Shown here: positions 17,394-25,785 of the stretch, one piece after another | Layout of the letters: the number at the start of each line of letters is the position of its first letter | Position numbering within the stretch: position 1 is the stretch's first letter | Origin: a virus | Reading direction: 5' to 3' (one strand) | Length of the DNA stretch: 64,000 bases | Virus record (IMG/VR): IMGVR_UViG_3300050821_016647 | Span: 63,530 to 127,529 of that record | The notes under the pieces: model-generated | Databases searched by the model: none | What the model saw: only the letters and a program-made list of their open reading frames with translations | What the model was told of the DNA's origin: nothing | Program-made: the position numbers and the translations under genes

Positions 17394-18064
17394 CCCGATC
17401 CTCGTGGGACACCTACTTCCTCGACATCGCCAAGACCGTCGCCACGCGAGCGACCTGCGACCGCAAGCACGTGGGCGCGGTCATCGTGCGGGATAAGATG
17501 ATTCTCGCGACCGGCTACAACGGCAGCATCCGCGGGATGCCGCACTGTGACGAGGTCGGGCACATGATGGAGGACGGCCATTGCGTTAGAACGATGCACG
17601 CCGAGGCGAACGCGATCGTGCAGGCGGCTCGAGCGGGCGTTGGAATCGCGAGCGGGTCCTCTCTCCTCTCGAACACGAAGACGACCATGTACGTCACGGC
17701 TTCGCCGTGTTGGCCGTGCTTCAAGCTCATCGCGAACGCGGGAATCACGCGCGTCGTTTTCGGCGAGTTCTACCGGGACGAGCGGATTTTCAAGGTCGCC
17801 GAGAAGCTCGGCATCGAGCTCGTCGACGCGAACGCACCGGAGACCAGCTTCTGTTTGACGTGCATGACGCCCATCCAGAAGGGGACTCGGTACTGCGAGC
17901 CACACCTGGCGCTGTCGTTTGCTCAGCATCGAGGACACGACCAGCCGACCGACGACGACCGAGCCGACGCGCACCGGATCTTCGAGAGTCAGGTGCCGTC
18001 CGGCGCCTTGAAAGTCGCAAAGGGCGACGGGACCCTCGAGTGGGTGAAGCCGGAGAAGCTGTGA
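17390..18064 (+). CDS. dCMP deaminase (ComEB-like) with C-terminal Zn-finger extension
   Basis: RATCDRKHVGAVIV, TGYNG, HAEANA, PCWPC. Confidence 0.9.
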   Translation: MTRSSWDTYFLDIAKTVATRATCDRKHVGAVIVRDKMILATGYNGSIRGMPHCDEVGHMMEDGHCVRTMHAEANAIVQAARAGVGIASGSSLLSNTKTTMYVTASPCWPCFKLIANAGITRVVFGEFYRDERIFKVAEKLGIELVDANAPETSFCLTCMTPIQKGTRYCEPHLALSFAQHRGHDQPTDDDRADAHRIFESQVPSGALKVAKGDGTLEWVKPEKL

Positions 18065-18303
18065 GATACACTTGGGACCCCGCCTGGCGCGCGAAACTTT
18101 CCGCGCACGATGTCGCAAAGGTCGCTACTAAGACGCGCGGGCACATCGAGACGGACGGGCAGATGCCGTGGGCATCGAAGCAGGAGGCCCTCCGGGACGT
18201 CGAGGCGTTCGAGCGCGGGGACCCGTGTCCGGAATTCACCGGAGGGCACGTGCACGGCAAGCCGGTACTGAGTCGCTTACACATTTACGAGGAGAAGAAA
18301 TGA
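18061..18303 (+). CDS. hypothetical protein
   Basis: GTG start at 18061 overlapping the stop. Confidence 0.5.
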   Translation: MRYTWDPAWRAKLSAHDVAKVATKTRGHIETDGQMPWASKQEALRDVEAFERGDPCPEFTGGHVHGKPVLSRLHIYEEKK

Positions 18304-18577
18304 GTTGGTTCACTAGGTTCTTCGAGAAGGCGACGCCGAAGCGTAAGTTTTCTGAGCCGAGATTCGTCACGTACCGGTGCCATCGGATTACATGCCCAGC
18401 TTGCGGAAACCGTTCGAGGACGGAGAGACATTGGTTTGCATTGAGGCCATCGGAGAAGGATGGTCTCAATTGACACACCTGCGCTGTCAACAGGCACCTG
18501 AAGGACAGAAGCCGGCTGGAGACGTCGATGCTTACGAGTTGCCGGAGTGGGCTCTCAGCAGGCTAGCAAGAAGATGA
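18300..18577 (+). pseudogene. Zn-finger protein split by an apparent 1-nt frameshift
   Basis: frame 1 reaches CPACG, the other frame continues KPFEDGE...HLRC; one missing G near 18405 joins them. Confidence 0.45.
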
Positions 18578-18795
18578 CCCCCGGCTCCGCTCAGCTCGAG
18601 AATCCGGATGAGGTCTTGCTCGACGTGGTGGGGCTCTGCGCGAAGGTCTGCAAGGACAACGAGCTGACCGGTCGCGTCTACACAAGCGACCTCACGGAGC
18701 TGCGGGACCTCATCAACGACATTCGACGGCACGTGTCGTCGGGCGGCGGGTACAAGTCACTACCGCGGCTCATCAAACCAGGAGAAGACGAATGA
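18574..18795 (+). CDS. hypothetical protein
   Basis: ATGA-coupled. Confidence 0.55.
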   Translation: MTPGSAQLENPDEVLLDVVGLCAKVCKDNELTGRVYTSDLTELRDLINDIRRHVSSGGGYKSLPRLIKPGEDE

Positions 18796-19064
18796 TCTGG
18801 CGCTACCTCAGCTACTGGCTCGCGATGGGCGCGGCGGGAATCGCGCTCAACATCATCTTTGCACTGTTCGGCATCGGAGAGTTGCATCGAGTGCTGAAGA
18901 CCGCCAGCGTGAAGGTGACCGGCGGAAGCGAGCTGACCCGGCTCTCGATCATCGTCAGCGCGATCGTTGGAGTCGTCATTGGCGCGGCGTTCTCAATGTC
19001 GCTTGGACCACTGACGCTGGTCAGGGCCTTTCTCGGGCTCCGGAAGCCGAAAGAGGGCTCGTGA
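18792..19064 (+). CDS. 2-TM membrane protein
   Basis: two hydrophobic segments. Confidence 0.65.
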   Translation: MIWRYLSYWLAMGAAGIALNIIFALFGIGELHRVLKTASVKVTGGSELTRLSIIVSAIVGVVIGAAFSMSLGPLTLVRAFLGLRKPKEGS

Positions 19065-19483
19065 AGGAGACCTGCGACTACTGCGGCAGCAAACTCGTTT
19101 ACCCGTGCGTCGGACTCGGCTGCCCGTTCATTGAAGACTCGGAGTGCAACATCTTCTGCAACGACGAATGCCGAGAGGCGTGGGTTGCTCGGGAGGCGGC
19201 GATGAATCCATACCGCGAACAGATCGAGCAGCTCGCTCGCGACGCGGCCATCGTGAAGCGGGAGTACGACGCGTCGCAGGTCGCGCACGAGGCGATGAAG
19301 AGCGCCGAGCGGAGCGTGCTCATGGCGGTATATGCTCTAGTCGGTCCTGAGTACGTACCGACGTCGATACCTCTCGGCAGCACGTTGCGAAAGGAACTAG
19401 AGGACGTGGTCGTATGTCTCCGCGCGAAAGGGATCAGTAAGCACGCAGAGATGGTCGCGGCCGTCGTGGTGCTGTTGCCATGA
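19061..19483 (+). CDS. hypothetical protein with N-terminal Cys cluster
   Basis: CDYC...C...C...C..FC..EC. Confidence 0.55.
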   Translation: MKETCDYCGSKLVYPCVGLGCPFIEDSECNIFCNDECREAWVAREAAMNPYREQIEQLARDAAIVKREYDASQVAHEAMKSAERSVLMAVYALVGPEYVPTSIPLGSTLRKELEDVVVCLRAKGISKHAEMVAAVVVLLP

Positions 19484-19815
19484 CCCCCTACCGACAGACC
19501 ATTACTCTTGATGCGATTCCTCGTCGGCCCACGCGTGAAGAGACGATGAAGAAGTTCAACCGCGGGATGATCAATGGTCCGCCGTGGCGAAGATGGGACG
19601 CGTTGGCAGCAGCCAATCAAGGGCTGCTGGTCGTGCTCCTATGTCTCATGGGGCCGCATCCATACGGTGGATGGATCGACATCCCTTGCGGTATCCTCGG
19701 TCTCGTGTTCTCGATCTTTGCTGCATTCCGATACTGGCGTGAGGCGCCATACCGGCGACTCGTAGAAGAGGCTGAGGCGGAGCTCAAGATGTTGACTGAG
19801 AACGAACATGGGTGA
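19480..19815 (+). CDS. 2-TM membrane protein
   Basis: two hydrophobic segments. Confidence 0.6.
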   Translation: MTPYRQTITLDAIPRRPTREETMKKFNRGMINGPPWRRWDALAAANQGLLVVLLCLMGPHPYGGWIDIPCGILGLVFSIFAAFRYWREAPYRRLVEEAEAELKMLTENEHG

Positions 19816-20053
19816 GGCGAAGCGGAAACGAGAGCTGGCCAAACGCGCGGAAACGGAGCGAGCTGCGGAGGAGCTACGTGTAGCCATCGAGCCTCCGGCG
19901 AAACCGCTCAACCGCAAGCGTGACCGAGAGATGGCCGCCGCCGGGGTCTTCGACAAGTACAACTGCGACCTCATGCCGAAGGGGACCGTGATGAAGTCCA
20001 ACGACATCGTGCACGTCGACGGTGGCGTGCATTTCTATACGGACAAGAAATGA
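19808..20053 (+). CDS. hypothetical protein
   Basis: common MGEAKRKR N-terminus. Confidence 0.55.
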   Translation: MGEAKRKRELAKRAETERAAEELRVAIEPPAKPLNRKRDREMAAAGVFDKYNCDLMPKGTVMKSNDIVHVDGGVHFYTDKK

Positions 20054-20232
20054 GCTGCTGCATTGCGTGCAGTGTTGCGCTCGAAAGACCGAACAACGAG
20101 ATCGCCGCCGTTGCGGTACTTGCTTATGGGTGGCGTTCCAAGAAAACCGTCGAAGAGATTTGTCGTGACCTGTGCGAGCGGCACGAGGCGATGTTCAAGC
20201 GCGGGTATGTCGCGGCGGAGAAGGTAAAATGA
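20050..20232 (+). CDS. hypothetical protein (CxxC...CxxH)
   Basis: coupled ORF. Confidence 0.55.
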   Translation: MSCCIACSVALERPNNEIAAVAVLAYGWRSKKTVEEICRDLCERHEAMFKRGYVAAEKVK

Positions 20233-20564
20233 AAACCATACACTTCATCGTCAACGGGGAGGATATCAAGGTCCGTGTCGAGGATGAGCTGCCGCTCGAG
20301 TGGGCGACGCGGCGCGCACTGCGACTCAGCTACAACACGAGTCGGCCGCCTCAGGATTGGGAGCTACGTCACGAATCCGGGCAGCTCGTCGACGACGGGA
20401 TTTGTTGCGAGCGGATACCTGAGCACGGTCATTTGTTTTTGACGCTGCGGGTCAGTGCTGGAGGTAACCGGCGATACATCTTTTCGTCACTGCGTGCAGA
20501 CTGGTCGCTAGGTAACCGGCGATACATCTTTCCGTCGCTGCGTGCAGACTGGTCGCTGCGGTGA
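20229..20564 (+). CDS. DUF2604 / type II BilA-like ubiquitin-fold protein with C-terminal extension
   Basis: IVNGE..V....LPL.....AL..S.NT.RPP.DWELR.ESGQLVD...LFLTLRVSAGG; ATGA-coupled start at 20229. Confidence 0.75.
   Translation: MKTIHFIVNGEDIKVRVEDELPLEWATRRALRLSYNTSRPPQDWELRHESGQLVDDGICCERIPEHGHLFLTLRVSAGGNRRYIFSSLRADWSLGNRRYIFPSLRADWSLR
20463..20558 (+). repeat. 2 x 48 bp tandem repeat encoding GNRRYIF(S/P)SLRADWSL
   Basis: copies 20463-20510 and 20511-20558, three mismatches. Confidence 0.95.
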
Positions 20565-20701
20565 AACGCGCCGACCCCATGCTGCTGATGTGCAAGCTCC
20601 AAGGCAACGGCGGGCGGCCCATGAAGCGCCGGACGATGAAGAAGCGTCTGAGCCGCGTCCTCGCAGAGGTGAGGCGGCGGTTCTTGCGGAGAAGGGCCTG
20701 A
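20561..20701 (+). CDS. small basic protein (46 aa)
   Basis: GTGA overlap; MKRADPMLLMCKLQGNGGRPMKRR... Confidence 0.35.
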   Translation: MKRADPMLLMCKLQGNGGRPMKRRTMKKRLSRVLAEVRRRFLRRRA

Positions 20702-20739
20702 TGTTCCCCATCGAGCCGTTTCCCTGGTAGGCTTCAAGG

Positions 20740-21180
20740 GTGGCAGACCCCACCCGTCGTGTGCAGCAGCTCCTGGCCCTTGCGACGGACCCAGCGGCGT
20801 CAGAGGAGGAAGCCCGCACCGCGGCGCTTCAAGCTGCCCGCAGCATCCGAGCGCACGGTCTCCACGTGACATCGGCCGAGGAGGAGTGGGAGGCCCAGCA
20901 GCAGGTGTCCTGCTACCCTTCCCGGGCGCCATCGCACCCCTACGGTACCGCTGTGACGCCCCAGAGCCGTCAGATGGGCGCCGGGGCGCCGCGCATGCAT
21001 CCTAGGCCCACGCCGCAGTCACGCGCCATGTCGGTGCCCAGAGACGAGACCGGCTACGGTATCGAGCCGATGCGCGGCGGTGCGCATGTGGTGGACTGGG
21101 ACTTCAAGGACGACGTGTCCGTGGAGAAGCCAGAGCAAGCGTTCTCGCCTGCGCTCCTGTCGCTCTTGAGGCGTCGATAG
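20740..21180 (+). CDS. DUF2786-like protein
   Basis: RVQQLLALATDP.ASEEEARTAAL.A...I..HGL; TAGGCT -10 box 6 nt upstream (leaderless). Confidence 0.6.
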   Translation: MADPTRRVQQLLALATDPAASEEEARTAALQAARSIRAHGLHVTSAEEEWEAQQQVSCYPSRAPSHPYGTAVTPQSRQMGAGAPRMHPRPTPQSRAMSVPRDETGYGIEPMRGGAHVVDWDFKDDVSVEKPEQAFSPALLSLLRRR

Positions 21181-21181
21181 G

Positions 21182-21373
21182 ATGCTCACGCCGAAGGCGC
21201 CGAAAACGACAGACGGTCTTCTGCGCGCGGTGAGCGCCTGGTTCTTCGAGACGGAGCTCGAGCTCAAGAAGAAGACGCTCGACTTCAAAGACCTGAGCGA
21301 AGCTGAGGTCCACCTCTATCGCGAGGCGAAGAAGTGGAGCGAGATGATGCGGGTCTGGTCGGGACGAGGCTGA
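21182..21373 (+). CDS. hypothetical protein
   Basis: 63 aa ORF, coding-like codon bias. Confidence 0.55.
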   Translation: MLTPKAPKTTDGLLRAVSAWFFETELELKKKTLDFKDLSEAEVHLYREAKKWSEMMRVWSGRG

Positions 21374-21378
21374 CGCGA

Positions 21379-21406
21379 TTGACGTACTGCGCGCGCGGCG
21401 TATCCT
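21379..21406 (+). promoter_or_regulatory. sigma70-like promoter, leaderless transcript
   Basis: TTGACG-16 nt-TATCCT-7 nt-ATG(21414). Confidence 0.7.
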
Positions 21407-21413
21407 CGCCGCC

Positions 21414-22115
21414 ATGCTCCGCCAGACACTCGCGTTCCTCGTCGTTCTGTTCCTCGTCGCCTGTCCTTCGCCAACGTGCCCTCCTGCGCCCGATGCGGCG
21501 CCAGTTCCCGCCCCAGAAGCGGCAGCCGAGGTCGCCCCCGCGGTTTCGAGCGGCACGAGCGTCATCGTCAAGAACCCGGGCCCCGACGCCGTGAGCGTCG
21601 CGGTCGCCTTCGGGAGCGACTCGCAGGTGACGGGCTTCTTCTTCTGCAACCCGACCGGAGCGCTCACGTGCTCGTTCAAGTTGGACGGTAAGGCGTCGCG
21701 CGAGCTCCCCCTCGCGGGCGGCTACCTCAACGCCACGTTCGTGTTCAACACGTCGGTCGGGTGCGGCTCGACGAAGGCCGAGATCAACGTGAACAACCCG
21801 CAGTGGTACAACACGGTCGACATCAGCCTCGTCGACGGGTTCTCCACGCCGCTGACTCTCGTCTACAAGGATCCCTCGGGCAGTCACACGTTCTCGGTGT
21901 CCGGCAAGCTCGGTAACGAGCGAGCTCCGGCGGTCTTTCCCCTCGGCTGTGACACGTGCGTCGCGAGGACCAAGTCCGCGTGCGGGATGTCGCCGGGCAA
22001 GGACGGATGCAAGGCAGGGACGCAGTTCGCGCCGGTGCCACCCTGCCAGTTCCAGGGGAGCACGATGAGTGGTCGCGCGACGACCGTCGAGATCGTCCTC
22101 GGTGCGCCGGCCTGA
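21414..22115 (+). CDS. thaumatin-like (PR-5) lipoprotein
   Basis: signal peptide with lipobox LVAC; TKAEI...YNTVDISLVDGFSTPL matches thaumatin D-I/V-S-L-V-D-G-F; Cys-rich. Confidence 0.65.
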   Translation: MLRQTLAFLVVLFLVACPSPTCPPAPDAAPVPAPEAAAEVAPAVSSGTSVIVKNPGPDAVSVAVAFGSDSQVTGFFFCNPTGALTCSFKLDGKASRELPLAGGYLNATFVFNTSVGCGSTKAEINVNNPQWYNTVDISLVDGFSTPLTLVYKDPSGSHTFSVSGKLGNERAPAVFPLGCDTCVARTKSACGMSPGKDGCKAGTQFAPVPPCQFQGSTMSGRATTVEIVLGAPA

Positions 22116-22675
22116 TACTACGCGCGAGGCGGCTTCCCAGGACCGCGTCCCTCTCCCGAGCTCTCCGCACGTGGCGTTCCATGTACGCGGGCTTTTACGC
22201 CCCACAGATTGCGTTCGTGGCCGCTCGGGTTGATCAGCTTAGCCTGGAGTCGGCGAAGCTTCCCGAGTGGAGGATCTGAGCTTACTCGCGCGGGTTGAGA
22301 CTACGACTCAGGTAGGTGGTCCGGCAAGATGAAAAACGGCGGCCCGCTCGCGAGCATCGTCTCCCGAAGCCGGTCGTTGATGCGGTTGATCATTTTCGCC
22401 GTCGTGAACCATTCGACGAGCCGACGCTTCGCGCGCCGCCCTTTGCGACCGCGGTAGAGCGCGCGGCGACGGAGAGTGGGGAGGGAGGCGGTCATCCAAT
22501 GTAGAGGTCGACACCGCCGCATGTCGGCGTGGATTTCGACCATCTCAGTTTCGCGAGCGTCTTCGAGGATGAGGCGAGCACTGGTCTTCGGGATTTGGAC
22601 CGTCGTCTCGATGGTAGGGCACCCAGGCGTAGACGGTTTTCGCCTGCCGGATGCACGACGCGAACTTCCCGATGT

Positions 22676-23209
22676 TCACGCGTCGGCCTCTTCTTCCTCC
22701 TCTTCCTCCTCCTCTTCTTCTTCTTCCTCTTCTTCCTCGTCTCCACCGCCGAGGTCGACGTCGTAGCGGTCTTCGACCGATTTCTTGTCGAGCACGAGTG
22801 GGTACTGGTCGAATTCGCCCCAGCCGTAGTTGCTGGCGTAGACCTCGTAGGCCCACGCGCGCTCCATGGGGTCGTCGCTCATGAACGCGGCCTTGACCTC
22901 GCTGGGCTTCTGGCCCGACGTCTGGGCGGCGGATTTCAAGCTCCCCCAGGTCGGGACGCCTCGGTCGAGAGGGACGCGGTAGATGGTCCAGCGTGCCTCC
23001 TTGTCGTCGAAGTCGACGTCGTCCGGTGGCACCTCGACGTACTCGAGCTCGTAACCGTCGCTGCGGCCCGTGCTGGCTTCCTGCGGTGACTTGAGCACCT
23101 GGCCGCCGTCGTACTCGGGGAAGTTGACGTCGCCGACGGTACCGATGATTTCGTCGCCGAACTTGTTCTTCTTGGGCTCGCGGGTGCGGCGGGTGTGTGC
23201 TCTGGGCAT
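22676..23209 (-). CDS. acidic protein with poly-Glu tail
   Basis: 177 aa; ends GGGD then ~20 Glu; GGAGG RBS. Confidence 0.7.
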   Translation of the reverse strand: MPRAHTRRTREPKKNKFGDEIIGTVGDVNFPEYDGGQVLKSPQEASTGRSDGYELEYVEVPPDDVDFDDKEARWTIYRVPLDRGVPTWGSLKSAAQTSGQKPSEVKAAFMSDDPMERAWAYEVYASNYGWGEFDQYPLVLDKKSVEDRYDVDLGGGDEEEEEEEEEEEEEEEEEADA

Positions 23210-23219
23210 GACGGGCAGA

Positions 23220-23495
23220 TTACCTCACCTCGTCGGGACGCACCAGGTACGCTGGGGTTCGCGGCCCGACCCACGAGCCCTCGACGTTGAACGAGAAGTA
23301 TTCCTCGGCGACCTCGCGACGACGCCAGATCGAAGGGTCGCGACGCGTCAGGATCTCGATGCACTTCTCCCGGTCGTAGACCACGATGGTGGGCTGGCCG
23401 CAGCGTGTCACCACGCCCAGGATGGCGTCGTCGAACCCGTCAGCGAAGAGGAGGTCGGGGTCCTCGGTGAGCTCGACTAGATCGGCGCGGGTCAC
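23220..23495 (-). CDS. conserved phage protein
   Basis: LLFADGFDDAILGV...VVYDREKCIEIL...EYFSFNVEGSWVG..TP. Confidence 0.75.
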   Translation of the reverse strand: MTRADLVELTEDPDLLFADGFDDAILGVVTRCGQPTIVVYDREKCIEILTRRDPSIWRRREVAEEYFSFNVEGSWVGPRTPAYLVRPDEVR

Positions 23496-23761
23496 GCGGC
23501 AACCAGCTCTTCCTCGCGCCACGTCTCGACGCGCGCCTCGGTGTCTCGTGTAGCTTCCGCCGCAATGCGCGCGCCTTCTTCGTCGCACCAGGATGATGCA
23601 TCTTCGCGTTTGGTCGTCCAAGTAACCTTCTCCGGGTTGGGTCCGCAGTACGGTCCAGACCCGATCACCGGATACTCGACGCTAACGAGATAGTCCTTGT
23701 ACGTGTGGACCTGTCCGTGACTCTGCCAGTTGAATTCACGCTTCACGTAGTGGATATTCAT
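23492..23761 (-). CDS. hypothetical protein
   Basis: start MNIHYVK at 23761. Confidence 0.55.
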   Translation of the reverse strand: MNIHYVKREFNWQSHGQVHTYKDYLVSVEYPVIGSGPYCGPNPEKVTWTTKREDASSWCDEEGARIAAEATRDTEARVETWREEELVAA

Positions 23762-24000
23762 TTCCCTTCGTAGCCTCCTGAGGCGAGCTTCCGTCGTTGC
23801 GTTGGGCTCATCTTCAGGATGAGCGGGCCGATCTCTCGACATTCGGGGTGCTGGGCGTCGCGAGTGCACGACTGGACGAACGAGTCCTCGATGTTCTTGT
23901 CGTCGAGCACGATGTGCCAGCAGCACCCGGCCAGCGAGCGAAAGTAGATGTCGATCCGGAGCTTCTCCGCGGCGCGGCATTCTTCGAGGGTGGCACTCAT
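23758..24000 (-). CDS. conserved phage protein
   Basis: G..WHIVLDDKNIED motif. Confidence 0.65.
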   Translation of the reverse strand: MSATLEECRAAEKLRIDIYFRSLAGCCWHIVLDDKNIEDSFVQSCTRDAQHPECREIGPLILKMSPTQRRKLASGGYEGK

Positions 24001-24344
24001 TTGCCCGTCTCTCTTTTCTGAATCGAATTTGATCCGCTTGATCGCATAGCAGAGCCAAGCTTTATTTTCTTCTGCGGCCACCACGGGTCCGGCGCGTACA
24101 TGCCGAGCTCGTAGAGACCCGCGTTCTTCGGAGTCTTCGGCACCTCATCCCACTTGTTGCCCTTCTCCTTATTGCATGTCGGACACGCGATTCGAAAGTT
24201 GCGTGGCTTGTTGTTACCGCCTTTGCTCTTCGGTTTTACGTGGTCGACCGTGGCTTGACTGCGCGTGAGCAGTTTGCCGCAGTAGTGACAAGGAAGTTGG
24301 TGTTTGCCTCGGAACTTTTCGGCTTTCCAGTCTCGAGGCCGCAA
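23997..24344 (-). CDS. HNH endonuclease (McrA-like)
   Basis: CHYCG...ATVDHVKPKSKGG....N..IACPTCN..KGN. Confidence 0.85.
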   Translation of the reverse strand: MRPRDWKAEKFRGKHQLPCHYCGKLLTRSQATVDHVKPKSKGGNNKPRNFRIACPTCNKEKGNKWDEVPKTPKNAGLYELGMYAPDPWWPQKKIKLGSAMRSSGSNSIQKRETGK

Positions 24345-24351
24345 GCGACAC

Positions 24352-24681
24352 CTATGTACCTCCAGAGATCGCGCCCAGAGTGAGAAGCACGATATCCGGG
24401 ATTGTGTTTGTTAGGTAAGGTCTCACATTCTTGAGTGCGTTCGCACTCTCGACGAGACGTTCAACTTTCTCAACTTCTATGTCGTACGCATGTTCTGGTG
24501 TCGGGTGTTCTTGGTCATACAAAACTTCGATCCCAACTCCAACCTTGCCGCTAGATCGAATATGGACCGGCAAGTATCGGCATGCGATAGCGTTGATTAT
24601 TTTTTCTTTACCTTCGTGTTCGATACGAACGGTGAGCATGTGCTCTGGATCGACGCGAAAGCTTCCATTCATGGCTTCCAC
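24352..24681 (-). CDS. hypothetical protein, low GC
   Basis: 109 aa ORF, visibly AT-richer than flanks. Confidence 0.5.
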   Translation of the reverse strand: MEAMNGSFRVDPEHMLTVRIEHEGKEKIINAIACRYLPVHIRSSGKVGVGIEVLYDQEHPTPEHAYDIEVEKVERLVESANALKNVRPYLTNTIPDIVLLTLGAISGGT

Positions 24682-25259
24682 CCTTGCTTTCGTAGCTCTC
24701 CGGTGATGTCTGGTGGCGTCCAGCCCACGGGCTTGAGACGCTTGCGTGCACCGCCGGGGCTCGCAGGTTCGGACCAGACCGGCTCGCCGATGAACTTGGC
24801 CATGTTCGTGCGATGGATTTCGGCGGCGATGGGTTCTCCGTCGATGCCGAATTCAAGCCTGGTACCCTCGACGACGTAGTCGAGGTCGCCCATGCCGTCG
24901 GCGAGCTCAGGCATGTCGACTTGAACCCATCCGTCTTTGATGATGCCCAGCATCTTCGAGTGAAGGTCTTCGATGTTGTTCCTCTCGGCGCGGGAGAACA
25001 TCGCCTCCATGACCTCGAAGAACTCCTCGGCGATGAGCTTCGCCCGGAGCCTGACGCGATCGTCGGACGGAATGGTCGGCGTCGCCGGATCCTTCATGTC
25101 CATCGCGGCGTGGAACTCGGCGACTTGCTCGCGGAGGGTCTGCTTCGGTGGATGGAAGTCGATCCAATCATGGGCGCCTGAAACTGTTTTGAAGCACCTA
25201 TCACCTTTGACCGCGATATCGACTTGTCCACATTCGCGACACACCAGGGATCTAATCAC
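24669..25259 (-). CDS. MazG-like / PRA-PH NTP pyrophosphohydrolase
   Basis: QVAEFH, RAKLIAEEFFE, ELADGMGDLDYV, EIHRTNMAK. Confidence 0.85.
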   Translation of the reverse strand: MIRSLVCRECGQVDIAVKGDRCFKTVSGAHDWIDFHPPKQTLREQVAEFHAAMDMKDPATPTIPSDDRVRLRAKLIAEEFFEVMEAMFSRAERNNIEDLHSKMLGIIKDGWVQVDMPELADGMGDLDYVVEGTRLEFGIDGEPIAAEIHRTNMAKFIGEPVWSEPASPGGARKRLKPVGWTPPDITGELRKQGWKP

Positions 25260-25513
25260 GTCGTCACCGCCTCGTTGAGATCCATCGGTACCTTCATCTG
25301 CTCCAGCTTCAACGCCGCGCGCCCCTTGTCCGTGAGGCGGTGCCCGTCACCGGCGATGGCGAAACCGCTCTCGAGCCAGCCCGCTTGCAGGATGGTCTCA
25401 CGCTCGGCGTCCCATTCGGCTTGGGTCGCGCGCACGCGGCCGTCTTGGTGGTAGTGACGAACGAGGTTTAGGTCGGAGAAATCTTCCAGGATGCGGCGTT
25501 GGGCGTCGTTCAT
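25256..25513 (-). CDS. hypothetical protein (possible wHTH)
   Basis: start MNDAQRRIL at 25513; RLTDKGRAAL. Confidence 0.55.
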   Translation of the reverse strand: MNDAQRRILEDFSDLNLVRHYHQDGRVRATQAEWDAERETILQAGWLESGFAIAGDGHRLTDKGRAALKLEQMKVPMDLNEAVTT

Positions 25514-25785
25514 GCGATGAGCTCCCGTAGAGAGTGACAGGCTTTGACCCGGAGGCCGCGCGAGCACTGGATAAGTAGTTGTTTCATGCCGGTGTTGTTT
25601 CGAATGTAGAGACGCCGTCCATCCCAGATCAGCATGCGACCGAAGCGAAGACATGTATGCGATTCTGGTAGACCCTTGTCGAACATCGCGTCTTCGAGGT
25701 CGCGCAGTCGAGCGTTGAGGTCTTCCGTGGCCGCGCGCAGGTCTCTGGCGACTTGTAGGAGTCGTTTGCCGGTGCCTGGGGTCAT
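25510..25785 (-). CDS. hypothetical protein
   Basis: start MTPGTGK at 25785. Confidence 0.55.
   Translation of the reverse strand: MTPGTGKRLLQVARDLRAATEDLNARLRDLEDAMFDKGLPESHTCLRFGRMLIWDGRRLYIRNNTGMKQLLIQCSRGLRVKACHSLRELIA

Noticed and set aside
22690-22740. Trinucleotide microsatellite
   Set aside because: Mixed GAG/GAA codons encoding poly-Glu; treated as protein sequence rather than a contingency repeat.
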